This document shows, one piece after another, positions 13,601-28,252 of a DNA stretch of 64,000 bases; the first letter of the stretch is position 1, and each line of letters starts with the position of its first letter. The stretch covers positions 98,706,001-98,770,000 of the forward strand of contig CM059432.1 in the NCBI GenBank assembly GCA_030390025.1. The letters run 5' to 3'. A model generated the notes under the pieces. It did not search any database and was not told the DNA's origin. It saw nothing but the letters and a program-made list of their open reading frames with translations. This DNA comes from Squalus acanthias. Lineage: Eukaryota. Made by a program: the position numbers and the translations under genes.

Positions 13601-14014
13601 CACCAGGAGCTCACTTTGAATATGTAATCAGGTCTGACCCGAGAGCATTTACTGGGGTCAGAAATGTGTCTCCCAGGTCAGTGCAAAAACTGCAATTAAC
13701 ATTTTCTTACCATCTGCAATGATTATGGAAAATCAACCTCCATATTTATGCCTTTCAAATATATTTATTTCCCTGCACAAGTGCAGAAATGTATTTTTAA
13801 AACAATTATATAAAGCATAATGTTCTGCAAAAGCTAAAGTAAGTTCTATTTCACTATTGCAAAAAAGGAATAAAATAAACTTAGAGTTTCACCTTTTGTG
13901 ATATAATTCAATTTACCATATCTGTAAGCTAATGTTACTTGGGTTTTTATTCAAATTCAAATTAAAATAAAATCCTATATATGTTTATGAATTTAAATTG
14001 GGTCTCGTTTTAAA

Positions 14015-14332
14015 ACTTAGATCTCTGCGCTCTTCCAATTCTGGCCTCTTGCGCATCCTCGAATTTCATTGCTCCACCATTGGCGGCCGTGTCTTCAACT
14101 GCCTAGGCCTTCAGCTCTGGAATTCCTCCCTAAACTTCTCTGCCTCTCTACCTCTCTTTCATGCTTTATGTCACTCCTTAAAACCTACATCTTTGTCCAA
14201 GTTTTTGGCACCTGTCCTACTATCTCTTTCTGTGCCTCGGTGTCAAAGTTTGTCTGATAACGCTCCTGTGAAGTGCCTTGGCATAGTTTTACTACAATAA
14301 AGGTGCTATATAAATGCAAGTTGTTGTTGTTG
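14015..14332 (+). mobile_element. L2 LINE 3' end
   Basis: LRSLRSS...TIGGRVF...QLWNS peptide with GGTGCTATATAAATGCAAG(TTG)n tail. Confidence 0.75.
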
Positions 14333-15224
14333 AACAAAAATCTTCAGAAATGTGACTATTTTGTAATAGCGAATTCACTACTTTCACAAATATTAATAAT
14401 TTTAAAAATGTTTTAACACTGAGAAATAACTTAAACATATAACTAAGGATATGTTTTGAGAAGCTAATTTGTCTAAATAGCCTTTGTTCATAGCTGTGGC
14501 ATTTCCACTGCAAGTTGAAGTCTCTGATATTCAACCTATGCCAGCTACTTTTTTTTGATGGCACTTCTATATTTATGAGAATATAGTATTGATTTTTAAA
14601 AAAAAACTTTGGTGTATGCAATCTGGCCGTCTGTTTCAAACATAACTTCAGGTCATTAATCGTTTCAGCCACATAAGTAACACTTGCATGGTGGCATTTT
14701 ACCAGCAACTACTTTTATTAGATTTTAGATTAACAAAGCCCTTGACCTGACCTACAGCAAACCGATGGCTCTGAGTCTTTTCAAAATTTGTCTGTGGACC
14801 GTATGTCATTTTCATTTTGTCCTATATATCTAAATAATGGGCAAATTGCTACTTCAGATAAATGTTATCTATATGGACAACTTCAAACCTGTTTCAAGGC
14901 TAATGTCACAATGAAATTAGTTTACTGGAGCTTTGCTTTCTGGAGTTGAGACATTAATCAATCTATCAGCACAGTGGGTGTCAAGGCCAAGGTGATATTT
15001 TCTTTTGTCAGGCCTATGGCATCAAGAAGGTTAAATAATAATAGTCTTATCAAAGGAAATTTAGAACAATTGTCAGAAGTGTAGTTTTTTTTTAAATCAC
15101 TTATATAAACAGCCACAAATAAGTAAAGCTGGAAAGCCGCACCATGCTCTTATAAGATCACAATAAATCCATGCAGGTCACTTCTGATTTGAGCTGTTGT
15201 CATTCAACATGAAAATAAATCAAT

Positions 15225-15500
15225 TTGCATTCACATATCACCTTTTACATCCTCAGGACATCCTAAGAGCATTTCAGAACCAATTAATACTTTTTGAAGT
15301 GTAGTCATTGCTGTAATGTAGGGAAATGCGGCAGCCAATTTGCAGCAAGGTCCCTCAAATAGCAATGATATAAATGACCATGTAATCTGTGTCAGTGGTG
15401 TTAGTTGAGGGAGAAATTTTGACCAAGACAACTCCCCTACTCTTCTTCAAATATTACTGTGGGAGCTTTTATATTCATCTGAGAGGGCAGACAGGGCCTC
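15225..15500 (-). mobile_element. Deu-domain SINE fragment
   Basis: Reverse-complement similarity to the 3' half of the SINE at 8709-9161. Confidence 0.7.
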
Positions 15501-15687
15501 AGTATCTGAAAGATGTTGCATATGACCATTACAGAAACGTATTTTCACTGCCTGTTTTATTAGGAGGAAATGAAGCATGAAACCCCTGCTTTGTTCATCA
15601 CTCACAAATATGTATGCAATATTGGTGTTATTCAATAGGTGGCACTAATTTTCATTGATGCTCTCAGATTAATGCCCATGACATTTT

Positions 15688-16580
15688 GGGGAAAAAATTC
15701 AGTTGGTTGTGCCTCCTGTTAGCGCCTTAAGAGGGCGCTAATGGGGCGCAAAGCAACTAGTGCCCGGGCATGGCGATGTTAGCGCCGCTCGCGAAATTAA
15801 CTAGACATTTTGCGGCGGCGCTAAACACTACCGCCACGATCTCCTGCGCCGGCAGATCGTGATGTCAGTCGAGTGCGCAACGCCCCGGTAGCACCCCAGA
15901 GTGGATATTGAGTAGCGCCCCCTGCCTTACCGCCTGCCGCTAGCAATGACAGGTTGAGGGGAGTGTTTTGCAGTCAGGAAGGGACTGGGGGAGCGCTATT
16001 TAAATGCGACCGCTTCCTGCCTTTTATTGTTGGTGACATTTTTGAACCACGCATTCTGAGAGAGAGAGAGAGAGACTTCTGGAGAGATTCAACACTGTGT
16101 GAAGGAGTTTTGAATACTGAGCAGCACTTTGCAGGTTCATTTTGATTTGCCCTTCCTTGTATCGATTTAGAAGAGACTGTGGGGGCTGCACTCTGAGCTC
16201 TTTCTCTGGTACTCTCCATTGTTCTTTCCAGCAGATTTGATGTGCAGGTCTCTCCAGGCCGAGATTCAAGGCTGCAATGAGCAGGATGTGGATGGAAAGC
16301 AAGATCAACCCTCCCCTTTAAGAACTGGCCGGCACCATTGTGTGTGTGTTCCATTGCTGACTGACATCACATGAGCTTCACCAGCGCTCTGAGGTAGAGC
16401 CTCGCTCCTCGGCCTTTGCGCCTTAAGACAGGTGTGAAGCACCTGATTTAGCGCTCCAATCACCTCCAGGGGCAATAAAAGTCAAGTTTGCAGTCGGAGG
16501 CGATAATTAGCGCCAGGCGCTAATCTTTGCACCCGGCTGATAATTGCGCCCCCAATGGGGCGATACTGAATTTCTCCCCC
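15688..16580. mobile_element. Harbinger-type MITE
   Basis: TIR GGGGAAAAAATTCAGT / ACTGAATTTCTCCCCC; subterminal TTAGCGCC motifs on both sides. Confidence 0.7.
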
Positions 16581-17804
16581 AAAGTGCTGAATATTATCAA
16601 TCATCTCTTGCATAGCAGTAACAGAATATGAGTACAACTTGTTGAATAATGTATATCTCTTCTATCAGTTGAGGATCATTTCATGCTACCTAGGGCAGGT
16701 GGGATGAATGATTTTTAATTCAAATACTACCACAGAGCTCACTGTAGTGTTGATGGTATTTCTGATTAAAAATAAATAATTGCTAAACTACTGACCCTTT
16801 CAAATATTGTAAATCAGTCTGCTTTATTGGACTTTTTCCACTGAAAGGAATAACACTGGGAGAGTTCCTAATAAATCTTTGATCAAATTATGTCACTGTT
16901 TTTCACTTCATATTCTGAACTTTAACTTGATTTATACCACCAGTGCTAACCATACCCAGACTATGCTTTATTTTCACTAACGGTGCTGACTACCTTCCTA
17001 TACCTCGCCCAAGTGGCCATTCTTCATACATTAGCCAAGACAGTGAGTTTTTATTCAACTGTGGGGGGCAACAAAGTGAGCCAGCTTCTATCCCTACTGC
17101 TCCCATGGGTACACTTTACAACAAGGTTCGCTGGAGAGCAATCAGAAGCAGGGACCTTGATTTGCACTCTCCCTAGCTTATGACACCAGACCCAATTGTA
17201 GTCACCCTAATGCCATCCAAGCTGAGATCAGTTAACTCAGCACAAATTGGAGATCAACGCTGGAAACTTCCAGGTCTGTATGGCTCAGTTGCACACTGAG
17301 TACAAAACTTAACATCTGGGCCGTTGGACAAAGTGCAGAAATAACTTTGTACAATAGCTTTAAGTTACCCAGTATTTACTAGACTCCAAACTTTGAATAT
17401 AAATACATTAATGTTATTGTGCCATCAAGATACACTTGACAAATAACTGCAAAGGCATTTTGATGTGTGCAATTTGTACATTTAGATTTTGATGGTTACA
17501 ATTAAATAAAGAAAGCACATGAACAACAAAAACATCCCTTATTTCATTTCTTTTCTCTCTACTTCTCTATCTTTGCACCTTATTCTAAAACTTTATTCCT
17601 AGTTTTAATAATATCCAGTCCTTATTTTTCGTGTATTTTGCCTTGCCTTCTCTTAATCAGTCTTCTGAATGTCTAAAGGATTTATTGTCCATTTTCATAT
17701 CTATCTTTTCCCAGTTTTCCGTTAACATTTTTTCAATTTTAATAATCCCATTATTGTTTTTTTTTTATTGCATTAGTGCAGTAAGTAACTGATTTTTTCT
17801 TGCT

Positions 17805-18052
17805 TGGCTCGGTTGGAAGCACACTCATCTCAGAATCAGGAGATTGTCAGTTCAAGGTACAGTCCAGGACTTGAGGATTTAACTTTGGGAGGCACATTAA
17901 TGCAGTACTGTGGGAGTACTGCATTGTCAGAGGTGCTGTCTCTCAGATGTTCAACCAAGTCTTCATCTGCCTTTTCAGCTGGACATAAAAGATCCCATGA
18001 CACTATTCAAAGAGGAGTAGGGAGTTCTACTACCTTCATGGCCAACATTTTT
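17805..18052 (+). mobile_element. Deu-domain SINE, diverged
   Basis: TGGCTCGGTTGG head and Deu core AAAAGATCCCATGACACTATTC. Confidence 0.7.
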
Positions 18053-18097
18053 TGATCAGACCTATGTTGAAGTTCAGTTCAGACTGATGGAATGAAA

Positions 18098-19907
18098 GGG
18101 GGGAATTTTTACCTGAAAAAAGTGAGTGCCTTTGGGAGCGGGCGGGGGGTTAAAACGGGTGAAACTGACAGCGGGTCGGGAAGCTGGCTCGAACCCACCG
18201 ATTTCCACTTTTAACTGCAGTGCTTTCGGCTGTGTGCGAGAAACTCCCATGGGAGAGGCAGGTTGGCAATTGAAAGATGTTAAGAGGTAATTAGGAACTG
18301 TTTTAACTGCAGATTTGAGCTATAACTCTGATGTACTGGTTTCCTGGGCTTCCTGGAACTCACCAGTGAAAGCAAGGCAAGATGACAGCGCAAATTGAGG
18401 GGCCTGACCAAAAGACAAGCATAAAATCCTATAAGTACTCAGACCTCACACCTGCTTCCTTGCCTAAGTGAAAGACTTCTGGAGAGTGTGCTTTCACTAC
18501 TTTACAGCTGATTTCCACTACTTTGGAAGTCATTTTTGATCCCTTGGAATTTTGTGAGTCTGATCTACACTTTCCATCTATCAAGCATCAGTTCAGCATG
18601 GGTGCAGCTTATGCAGCTTCACCATGGATCTCAGATGAGGACCAAAATGAGCAGCAATCCAATAGCACCAGCAGCAGGAGAAGCACCAGCAGGAGCAGCA
18701 GCAGCCTTCTCGTCATCTATCTGCCGCTCCACAGGAGAGAGGGGATGAGCACAGAAGTGCAGCTCACAGGAGGCGAACCCGCAACACAGGGTATATAGGC
18801 AGAGGATCAGCTTCCTGAACATCTGAACACCAGTGCCTCAGGAGGCTCAGAGTATCGTGTCAGGTGGCTGCAGACATGTGCAGCCTCCTGGGAGAAGACC
18901 TGCTGCCAAATGGACCTGGTGGACACACTTTACCAGTGGCTGTCAAAGTCACCACCGCCCTCAATTTCTTCGCCTCTGGTTCCACTCAGGTGGCCGATGC
19001 CATGTTTGCCAGGGCCAGCAATTATTGCACTTTGCAACCAATGAGGCCAGTCAGAATGAACGAGCGCTCTGCTTTTCAGCTCTGGCTGGCTTCCCACAAG
19101 TCCAGAGAGTCATCCATTGCACACATGTGGCAATCAAGGCGCCCCCAGATCACCCTGGCGTCCTCATCAGCTGCAAGGGTTTCCACCCCCTCAATGTTCA
19201 GCTCGTATGCAATCACAAAAAGATCATCATGCAGGTGTGTGCAAGATTCCCAGGCAGCTATCATGATGCTTTCATCCTGCACCAGTCTACCCTCCCAGAG
19301 CTCTTTGGACCTCGAAGCATAGTTAGCAGCTGGTTCCTTGGAGACAAGGGCTAGCCCCTGAAGACGTGGCTGATAACACCCATTAGAAGCCCAAACAATG
19401 AGGCCCAGAAGAGATACAATCACAGCCATATGACCACAAGAACTGTCATCAAGCAAGCAATCAGAATGCTGAAGATACACTTTAGGTGCCTGAACAGATA
19501 GGAATGGGTGCACCCGCAAGGTAAGTACATTTGAGGAGTGACGTGTTGGAGTCAGCTTGTGGGCCCTTACAGAATGCAGCATCAGCTCCAGGGAGTCATC
19601 ATTTAAGCGAGGTGAGCCTTGTCACATTGGGACTCCATTAATGTAGTTTCTTCCTCCAATATCCCAACTGGACAATCCTTCAACTTTCATTTTTGCAGGG
19701 TCCCTTTAAACAGTTCAGCTAAAACAGACCCATGCATACCGTCATCACGCTCGCTCGCACTAATTGGTCGAGAAAGCCGGAAGTTAGATGCTAATGCAGT
19801 GGCTTCGTTAAAAATCCACTGACAAATGTGCTGCTGAAACTTCCAGGTTTCCCACGTGCTACAGGGCTCCCCCGCTGCCAGCACTTTGGGCAGTGAAAAT
19901 TCTGGCT
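18098..19907 (+). mobile_element. Harbinger element with a disrupted HARBI1-like DDE transposase
   Basis: Peptides [70 protein letters not shown] across frameshifts; GGGGGGAATTTT / AAAATTCTGGCT ends. Confidence 0.85.
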
Positions 19908-20129
19908 AAAGTCTCTGTCTGCTGGCTGTAAGGGTCATATATGAAATGAGTTTGGGCAATCTCCATTCAGTTCCTAGAGTGCATGGGCTGTAGCACATAA
20001 CTATCCCTAATCTAGCATTAATTTGCAATCCCACTCAAGGAGGCGACAGAATGGTTGGTGTGGAAAATGGAAAATCTTTACAATCGTGCAGTACGAGGTG
20101 CTCTTCTGAAGTTGGGGTTGAGGCACATT

Positions 20130-22012
20130 AAGAACATAAGAACATAAGAAATAGGAGCAGGAGTAGGTCATAAGGCCCTTCAAGCCTGCTTCTCCATTCA
20201 ATACAACCATGGCTGATCTTCTACTTCAACACCACTTTCCCGCCCTATCCCCATAGTCCCTTAGTGTCCAAAAATCTATTGATCTCAGTCTTGAATATAC
20301 TCAATGACTGAGCAACCACAGCTCTCTGGGATAGAGAATTCCAAAGATTCACAACCCTTTGAGTGAAGAAATTTCTCCTCATCTCAATCATAAATGGCCG
20401 ACCCCTTATCCTGAGACTGTGACCCCTAGTTCTAGACTCTCCAGCCGTAGAAAACAACCTCTCAGCATCTACCCTGATATGTCTTATAAGAATTTTATAT
20501 GTTTCAATGAGATCACCTCTCATTCTTCTAAATTCCAGTGAATATAGGCCCATTCTACTCAATCTCTCCTCATATTCAACCCTCTCATCCCAGGAATCAA
20601 TCTAGTGAACCTTTGTTGCACTCCTTAGGTAAGGAGACCAAAACTCTACAAAATACTCCAGGTGTGGTCTCATCAAGGTCCTATATAATTGCTGTAAGAC
20701 TTCCTTACTCTTGTACGCCAACCCCCTTGCAATGAAGGCCAACATACCATTTGCCTTCCTAATTTCTTGCTGTACCCGCATGTTAACTTTCTCTGATTAG
20801 TGTACAAGGGCACCCAAATCCCTTTGCATACCAACATTTACTAGTCTTTCAACTTTTAAAAAATATTCTGTTTTTCTATTCTTCCTACCAAAGTGAATAA
20901 TCTCATATTTCTCCACATTCTACTCCATCTGTCACCTTATTGCCCACTGACTTAACCTGTCTATATTCCTTTGCAGGCTATTTGTATCCTCCTCACAGCT
21001 TACTTTCCCACCTAGCCTTGTATCATCAGCAAACTTGGATATATTACACTCGGTCCCCTTATCTAAGTCATTGATATAGATTGTAAATAGCTGAGGCCCA
21101 AGCTAAAAATTACCCGTTTATTCCTACTCTCTTTTTTCTGTCCTTTAACCAATCTTCAATCTATGCTAATATATTACCCCCAATCCCATGAGCCCTAATC
21201 TTGTGTAACAACCTCTTGTGCAGCACCTTATTGAATGCCTTTTGAAAATTAAAATATATTACATCCATTGGTTCCACCTTATCTACCCTGCTAGTTACAC
21301 CCTCAAAAAACTCTCATAGATTTGTCATACACAATTTCCCTTTCATAAAACCATGTTAATTCTGCCTAATCATATTATGATTTTCTAAGTGCCCTGTTAC
21401 CACATCCCTTATAATAGATTCTAGCATTTTCCCTGCTATTGATGTCAGGCTAACTGGCCTATCATTCCCTGTTTTGTTTACCCTCATTTTCAGAATAGTT
21501 GGTTTACATTTGCTACCTTCCAATCTATGGGGACCATTCTAGAATCTAGGGATTTCTGGAAGATCAAAACCAATGCATCCATTATCTCTGCAGACAGATC
21601 TTTTAAAACCCTAGGGTGTAGGCCATCAGATCCAGGGGATTTGTTAGCTTTTAGTTCTATTAATTTCTCCAGTCCTTTTTCTTTACTAATATTAATTAGT
21701 TTAAGTTCCTCTCTCTCTCATTGGACCCTTGGTTCACCACTATTTCATGCATGTTTTTTGTTTCTTCTACTGTGACTGTGAAGACAGATATAAAATATAT
21801 GTTTAACATCTCAGCCATTTCCTTATTCCCCATTATAAATTTTTCTGTCTCTGCCTATAAGGGTCCCACCTTTATTTTCACTAATCTTTTCCTTTTTACA
21901 TATTTGTAGAAGCTTTTTACAATTTGTTTTTATATTTCTTGCTAGTTTACTCTCATATTCTATTTTCTCCCTCTTTATCAATTTCTTGGTCATCCTTTGC
22001 TGATTTTTAAAA
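20130..22012 (-). mobile_element. CR1 LINE ORF2 fragment with 3' tail, degenerate
   Basis: LYSLEFRRMRGDLIETYKI...FFTQRVVNLWNSL peptide; (AAGAACAT)n tail at ~20130. Confidence 0.9.
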
Positions 22013-23327
22013 CCCCGCTACTATATTAGCCTCTAAAGAACGCGTAGTGCCAGTATCTGAGCTGGTGCCTGTGGGTGAGACATGCAGTGACGCGGTGTGT
22101 TCTTCATCCTCATCTTCTTCTGCCTCGCTCTCTATGGTACCCTCAGGGACAGGCTGCTCAGCTGCTTGCTCATTATCTGAAAACATAAAGGCACAAGAGT
22201 CGGGTTAAGGTGAGGGGAGGAGGTGCAGGAAGGGAGAAAGGCAGGCATACAGCATGGTTAGCGGGAAAGTGGGAAAGGCTTGTGGGGTGAGGGGGAAGTG
22301 GGATGTGAGAAGAAGGAGTAGGGATGAAAATACCCTTGTTGTCCCCAATGGGGTCAATGTCACCAGTGGCCACGGCGCCCACCACCTGGCACCCAATGAT
22401 TTGCAGCACTCTATCCTCCAGCTCAGAATGTGATTGGGTGTCAGGTTATCCCCCGCCTGTGCGCTCCTGCTCCCTCCTGTTGTGAGCAACATTGGCCTGC
22501 AAGAGAGAGCAAAGTGTGTGAGTGAGTGTGGAGCAATGTGTTTGGGAGATGTGCCTGCCATAGTTGAATAGCTCTCATTGTGTGCAAGGTGTGAGATGTG
22601 GGTGTGAGTGTTGGTAGGTGGAGATTGTTGGTGGGTGAGTGCTGGGGGTGTGGTGCTTTGGGCAGTGTGTGCAGACTGTGGTTCAGATGGTTGTATGTAG
22701 CATTTGTTGAAGCTTTGACTCACCCTGACCATCCGAGTGAGGTTGTTAAATTTCTCCCTGCACTGTGTGGGGGTCCTGGGGACCACAGTGCTGCCCGAGT
22801 CCTGCTGGGCTATCTCCCTCCACATGGTGCGGATGACTTGCGGCGAGGGCCTCCTGCCACTTGCTGGGTACAGCACCGCCCTCCGTCTCTCCACAGCGAG
22901 GACCAAAGGCCTCCAATGCTTGGTGGCAGAATCTGCGAGTTCTCTCCCTGGGCCATTGATCTGCCATAATGACACCTCCTTCAGTGGTCCAGGTTCCTTC
23001 TCCTTGGCCTTCTGCTGCTTGCTGAAACAGCTGCAGAACCAGCAGTGCTGAGAATGAGGTTCTGCAGCATGATTGAGCCTCCCCTTTAAGAACTGGAAAG
23101 AGCCTGTGACAATGACGACTAGTGATTAGACTGCACCTGAAATTGTTTAGCACTTTGAATCTAACGCCACTGAGCTTGGTCATTAGTTCTTGATTTAGAG
23201 CTCCCATCCTTTCTTTGAGCAATGACGCTGAATTTTGCGTGCAGCCAGATTCATTAGTGCCTGGCGCTGAATCTCAAACTTTTCAGAAATAAGCGCCCAT
23301 TCCTGGGCGATAATGAATCTCGCCCCC
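22013..23327 (-). mobile_element. Harbinger remnant with Myb/SANT-like gene exons
   Basis: AVERRRAVLYP...MWREIAQ...PRTPTQCREKFNNLTRMVRVS; TIR-like GAATCTCGCCCCC at ~23315-23327. Confidence 0.75.
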
Positions 23328-24054
23328 GACATCTTTTTCAAAATTTTCTGTCGTTTGAAATATGAATCACTTTCTCAAATGCCATGTGTCCATTGCATAA
23401 ATCCAAAATGGGCCTAATTCTCACACTGAGCATGCCACCCCAGATTATGTTGGGCAGAGTCTTGCTTCAGTTCATCGGAAGCATGTACTGGTCTGTAGAG
23501 ATTGGATTTTGCGTTGGCATGAGAAAAATAATCCGGAGAGGCCCAAAATGTAACACCTGAATCTTAAGCAAGTTTCCTATTGTAATATGCAAATAGTATT
23601 GCAAATATTAATTGAGATCCTGTAGTATCAGAGAGATATATATTTTTGCCTGAAGACGGTCATGCGATATATGGCTTCAGTAATTTGCTGTATTACAGTG
23701 ACGGAAAACTTCTGTCACATTTAGGCTGCAACAGGATTGTGGTAAACATCAGAAACTGCACTCCTCACCCAGACTAGCCAGGGGATGTGGCTGGGTCATA
23801 TGATGCAAAGCAGTAATGCAGAGCTGTCAAATCACATGTCAAGAGGCAGCGTAAAGCTGTTAATCAAGCAACCTATGCATTGGAAGGGAGTGTGAAGGCT
23901 GTAAACTAGATTAGATGTGTGACTGTAGAGCACGAGCAAGTTGGGAGCGCAGTATAACCACATGGTTAGCAGACACTAATCATATGTACCGACCAATTCT
24001 TAAGATCTGGAAAACAAAACTGAAAATAAAAGACCTTGATCATAGAATTACAAT

Positions 24055-24820
24055 GGCCCAGAAATTAGGCTCCCTGGCTTCCTGCGGGTGCAAGGATCCC
24101 GCGCGCACCTACCTACCGCGCCTGCCGTTGACCTCTGGGCCCACGGGGACTTCAGCTCCTGGGCCTCCTGCAGCTGCCGGCGCGCAGTGCTTGTGTATCC
24201 CAGGGGCGTAGTTAGTGCGATGCGTCCCCTGGGAGCACGTGGGCCATGGAGAGCCAGTGGCAGCAGACCTATCTTTCATTCATAGATTTGACAGGAAGAC
24301 CTGTCAAATCTATGAATTGAAATCGGCCCCAAAACAACACCTAAACTTCAAATACATTTTTAAAAAAACTATCACATTTTTAAAATAACTGTAAGTTAAA
24401 TAAATTAACTACTTTAAACAAAAATTAAATTTTTGAAAAGATTAAAATACTTTTTAACAGTGCTAAAAATAAACTTACCTTTCTTTAAAGTATCTAAAAA
24501 AGATAAGCTTGTTGAAAATTTTTTTAAATTGTAATTAATTAACCACTTACCTTGTTAAAAACGGGTCTTGCGCCTCCTTTTTAAAAGCGCAGCTTCTTCC
24601 ATACTTACCTTCCCGGAGAAACCTGAAAAAAACCCAAAGTTCGCTGCATGCACGCAGCCTCTCCCGCGCACGCGGTTCACCTCTCAACCCCTCCCCTCAC
24701 GAGACCGGAAGTTCTGGTTTCCCGCGCATGTGCAGTGCATGCAGGAAACCGGCACTTCAGGAGGCCTTACGGGTGAGTACACAGCGCGTACTCACCCGGC
24801 AAGTGCCGAATTTTTGGCCC
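24055..24820. mobile_element. Harbinger-type MITE
   Basis: TIR GGCCCAGAAATTAGGC / GCCGAATTTTTGGCCC; GC-rich arms around an AT-rich core. Confidence 0.7.
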
Positions 24821-25454
24821 TTTATTTATATTAACTGATGTGCAGTATTTCTATCTGTCTATCAATCTCTCTTTCTCTACACCTGCCAAAATACAAATTA
24901 TACAACACTGTTGCTGAGAGTATCATAGAAGAGGTGGGGGGGGGGGTGAAAAAACCTGATATCAATTGACTCTTTATGAGAAAAAGATGAGATAATTTGT
25001 CACCTAGTACAAGTGAAAGTGGTGCTTTTGTAAGGATATTGGGCGTCAGCCTTTGCAGCAGTTTTGCCTGGAAGATCTAAGAAGAGATGCGTTATGTAAT
25101 GAGACTAACAGATGAACAAAGAAACAAAGAATGATTTTCCAAAGTGACATTGAGTCATTTGAAGTGCTTGAGGCAACAGTAACAGTTTATGTTCTGTTGG
25201 CACTGTCTGTGGTGAGATACATGTGGAGATGAGTATAGAAACAGATTTGTGTTCAACAGCTACAGTAATGCAAGAGGAAGAGCACATGCTGTGCTGTGTG
25301 CCAGCAAGCAGTCAGTGTTATCTCTCATCAATTCAATTATACATCTGATCCAGTAAAAACAAAGAGCTCCTGAACAGCAAATTTGTTTTTCAGCGCAATG
25401 ATCCTCTGCAGGTGGAACTTAGCTCATTTAGGAAAATTGTTTGAAGAATGCAAT

Positions 25455-25771
25455 GGGCCGGATATTCCGATCCCTACGGGTGGGTACGCGTAGGGACATC
25501 GGAAATGCCGGTTTCAGGCATGCCGACAGCTCTTCCTGTCAAATGTATGAAGGGAGATTCCGTTCTTTGATTGGCTCCCCATGGCCCACGTGATCCCAGG
25601 GACGCTGCGAACTACCCGCGCCTCTGTGATACGTGGGCCCTGCACACCGGCAGTTTGGAGAGGCCCAGCAGCGGAATTGTGCGCCTCCCGGGAGCCCTCA
25701 GGTAAGGGCGCAGATTTTTCCAGATCGCAGCCCTCCGCCCGCGGGAGGCCTGTGATCGGAATATTTGGGCC
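25455..25771. mobile_element. Harbinger-type MITE (317 bp)
   Basis: TIR GGGCCGGATATTCCGATC / GATCGGAATATTTGGGCC; AAT TSD on both sides. Confidence 0.8.
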
Positions 25772-26821
25772 AATGAATTAGCAAACAAAGACATTGAAGA
25801 CAGCATTAAAGGAATGTCTAGTACATTGCAAATGTGAACGCGTTCTCTGCTCCAATTTGCCAGGAAACCAGCTTGCTTTTTTAAAAAACTGTACTGGCAT
25901 AGTATACGAAAACTTAAGTTGGAGTATAAATACTGAGAGTGAATTCGATATTATGGAGGAAATTTTCATCCCCACTTTTGGGCAGGAATGAGATAAGAGC
26001 ACAGGCTCACCACCAGATACAGGTGGGAGCCTCGTTATCCTATGCAAATTGGGTATATGATGTCAATAGGACCCCGATGCACTTTTGAAGTACTGCCTCC
26101 CACCTGATGGACGCAGAAAAATCAAAGTCGGGCCCAATAGACAGATGGCAGACATCAAAAGTGAATTTTTCAAGATTTTGCGCAATAGAGGGACAGCAGA
26201 GGAACAAAAATCCGCCATATTCCTGCTTGGTTATGGCCTTGATCAAATTTTGCGTCCAGCCTCAGGCATCTGAAGCAGATGGGAGCTTCATTAAAGTATT
26301 CGAAAGGGGGCGTGGAAAGACTCAGGGGCATGCAATGAGAAAGGAAGGAGTGCTGGATCTAGTCCTAGGGAATGAAGTGGGACAAGTGGAGCATGTTTCA
26401 GTTGGGGAGTATTTGGGAAACAGTGATCACAATATCATTAGGTTTAGAGTAGTTATGAAAAAGGATAACAAATGATCAAATATGAAAATATTCAACTGGA
26501 GGAGGACTAATTTCAGTGAGTTGAAAAGGGATCTTGTCCAGGTGGATTGGAGTTAAAGATTGGCAGGTAAAACAATAAATGAGCAATGGGAGGCCTTCAA
26601 AGAGGAGGTAGTTTGGGTACAGACTAAACACATTCCCACAAGGGGGAAAGGAAGGACATCCAAAGCTAGAGCTCCCTGGATGACTAAAGATAGAGATTAA
26701 AATGAAGCAGAAAAAGGAGGCTTATGATAAATATCTGGTTCAGTAGAGAACCAGGCTGAATACAGTGGAGAACTGAAAAAGGAAGTAAGAGGGGCAAAGA
26801 GAGTGTATGAGAATAGATTAT

Positions 26822-27566
26822 CTCCAACAAGCGAGAGTCTAACCACCTCCCCTTGACATTCAACGGCATTACCATCGCCGAATCCCCCACCATCAACATC
26901 CTGGGGGTCAACATTGACCAGAAATTTAACTGGACCAGCCACATAAATACTGTGGCAACAAGAGCAGGTCAGAGGCTAGGTATTCTGCGGCAAGTGTCTC
27001 ACCTCCTGACTCCCCAAAGCCTTTCCACCATCTACAAGGCACAAGGAAGGAGTGTGATGGAATACCCTCCACTTGCCTGGATGAGTGCAGCTGCAACAAC
27101 ATTCAAGAAGATCAATACCATCCAGGACAAAGCAGCTCGTTTGATTGGCACCCCATCCACCACCTTAAACATTCACTCCCTCCACCACCGGCGTACCGTG
27201 GCTGCAGTGTGTACCATCTACAAGATGCACTGAAGCAACTCACCAAGGCTTCTTCGGCAGCACCTCCCAAACCCACGACCTCTTCCACCTAGAAGGGCAA
27301 CAGACGCATGGGAACACCACCACCTCCAAGTTCCCCTCCAAGTCCTACACCATCCTGACTTAGAAGCACATCGCCGATCCTTCATCATCGCTGGGTCAAA
27401 ATCCTGGAACTCCCTATCTAACAGCACTGTGGGAGTACCATCACAACACGGGCTGCAGTGGTTCAAGAAGGCGGCACACCACCACCTTCTAAAGGGCAAT
27501 TAGGGATGGGCAATAAATGCTGGCCTTGCCAGCGACGCCCACATCACATAAACAAATAACAAAAAA
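26822..27566 (+). mobile_element. LINE family B 3' fragment
   Basis: ORF 26853-27233 ILGVNIDQKFNWTSHINTVATRAGQRLGILRQ; A-rich tail. Confidence 0.85.
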
Positions 27567-27940
27567 GGTAAGATAAAAGGGAAATCAAAAGACTTTTATA
27601 AACATCTAGATAGTAAAAGGGTAGTCAAAGGAAGAATGCGGCCAATTAGGGACCAAAAAGGAAATATTCTTGTGGAGGCAGAGGGCATCGCTGAGATACT
27701 AAATTAATACTTTGCATCTGTGTACACTAGAGAAGAGGATTCTGCCAATGTCACAGTAAAGGAGGAGGTAGTAGAGAAATTGGATAGAATAAAAAAGAAG
27801 AAAGAGGGGCGATTTAAAAGGTTGGCAGTGCTCAAAGTAGAAGTCACCCAGTCCAGAGGGGATGCATCCTAGGTTGCTGAGGGAAGTAAGGGTGGAAATT
27901 GCAGAGGCTCTGGCCACAATCTTCCACTCCTCCTTAGACA

Positions 27941-28252
27941 TGTCAACTGTGGCTCAGTTGGTAGCACTCTCAATCTGAGTCAGAAGATTGTGGGTTCATA
28001 GTCCCACTCCAGCTACTTGAGCACAAAAATCTAGGCTGACACTCCAGTCCTGTACTGAGGGAGTGCTGCACTGTCAGAGGTGACATCTTTCAGATGAGAT
28101 GTTAAACCGACGCCCCGTCTGCTCTCTCAGGTGGATGTAATCGATCTCATACCACTATTTCGAAGAAGAGTAGGGGAGTTATCCCTGTGTCCTGGCCAAT
28201 ATTTATCGCTGAATCAGCATCACTAAAAAAAACAGATTATCTGGTCATTATC
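27941..28252 (+). mobile_element. Deu-domain SINE
   Basis: TGGCTCAGTTGGTAGC head and Deu core, similar to 8709-9161. Confidence 0.8.

Noticed and set aside
12352..13740. Another Harbinger/Myb remnant (FSDAAIELLL peptide on the minus strand, weak TIR-like ends)
   Set aside because: Plausible but too degraded to set boundaries or confirm TIRs and TSD.
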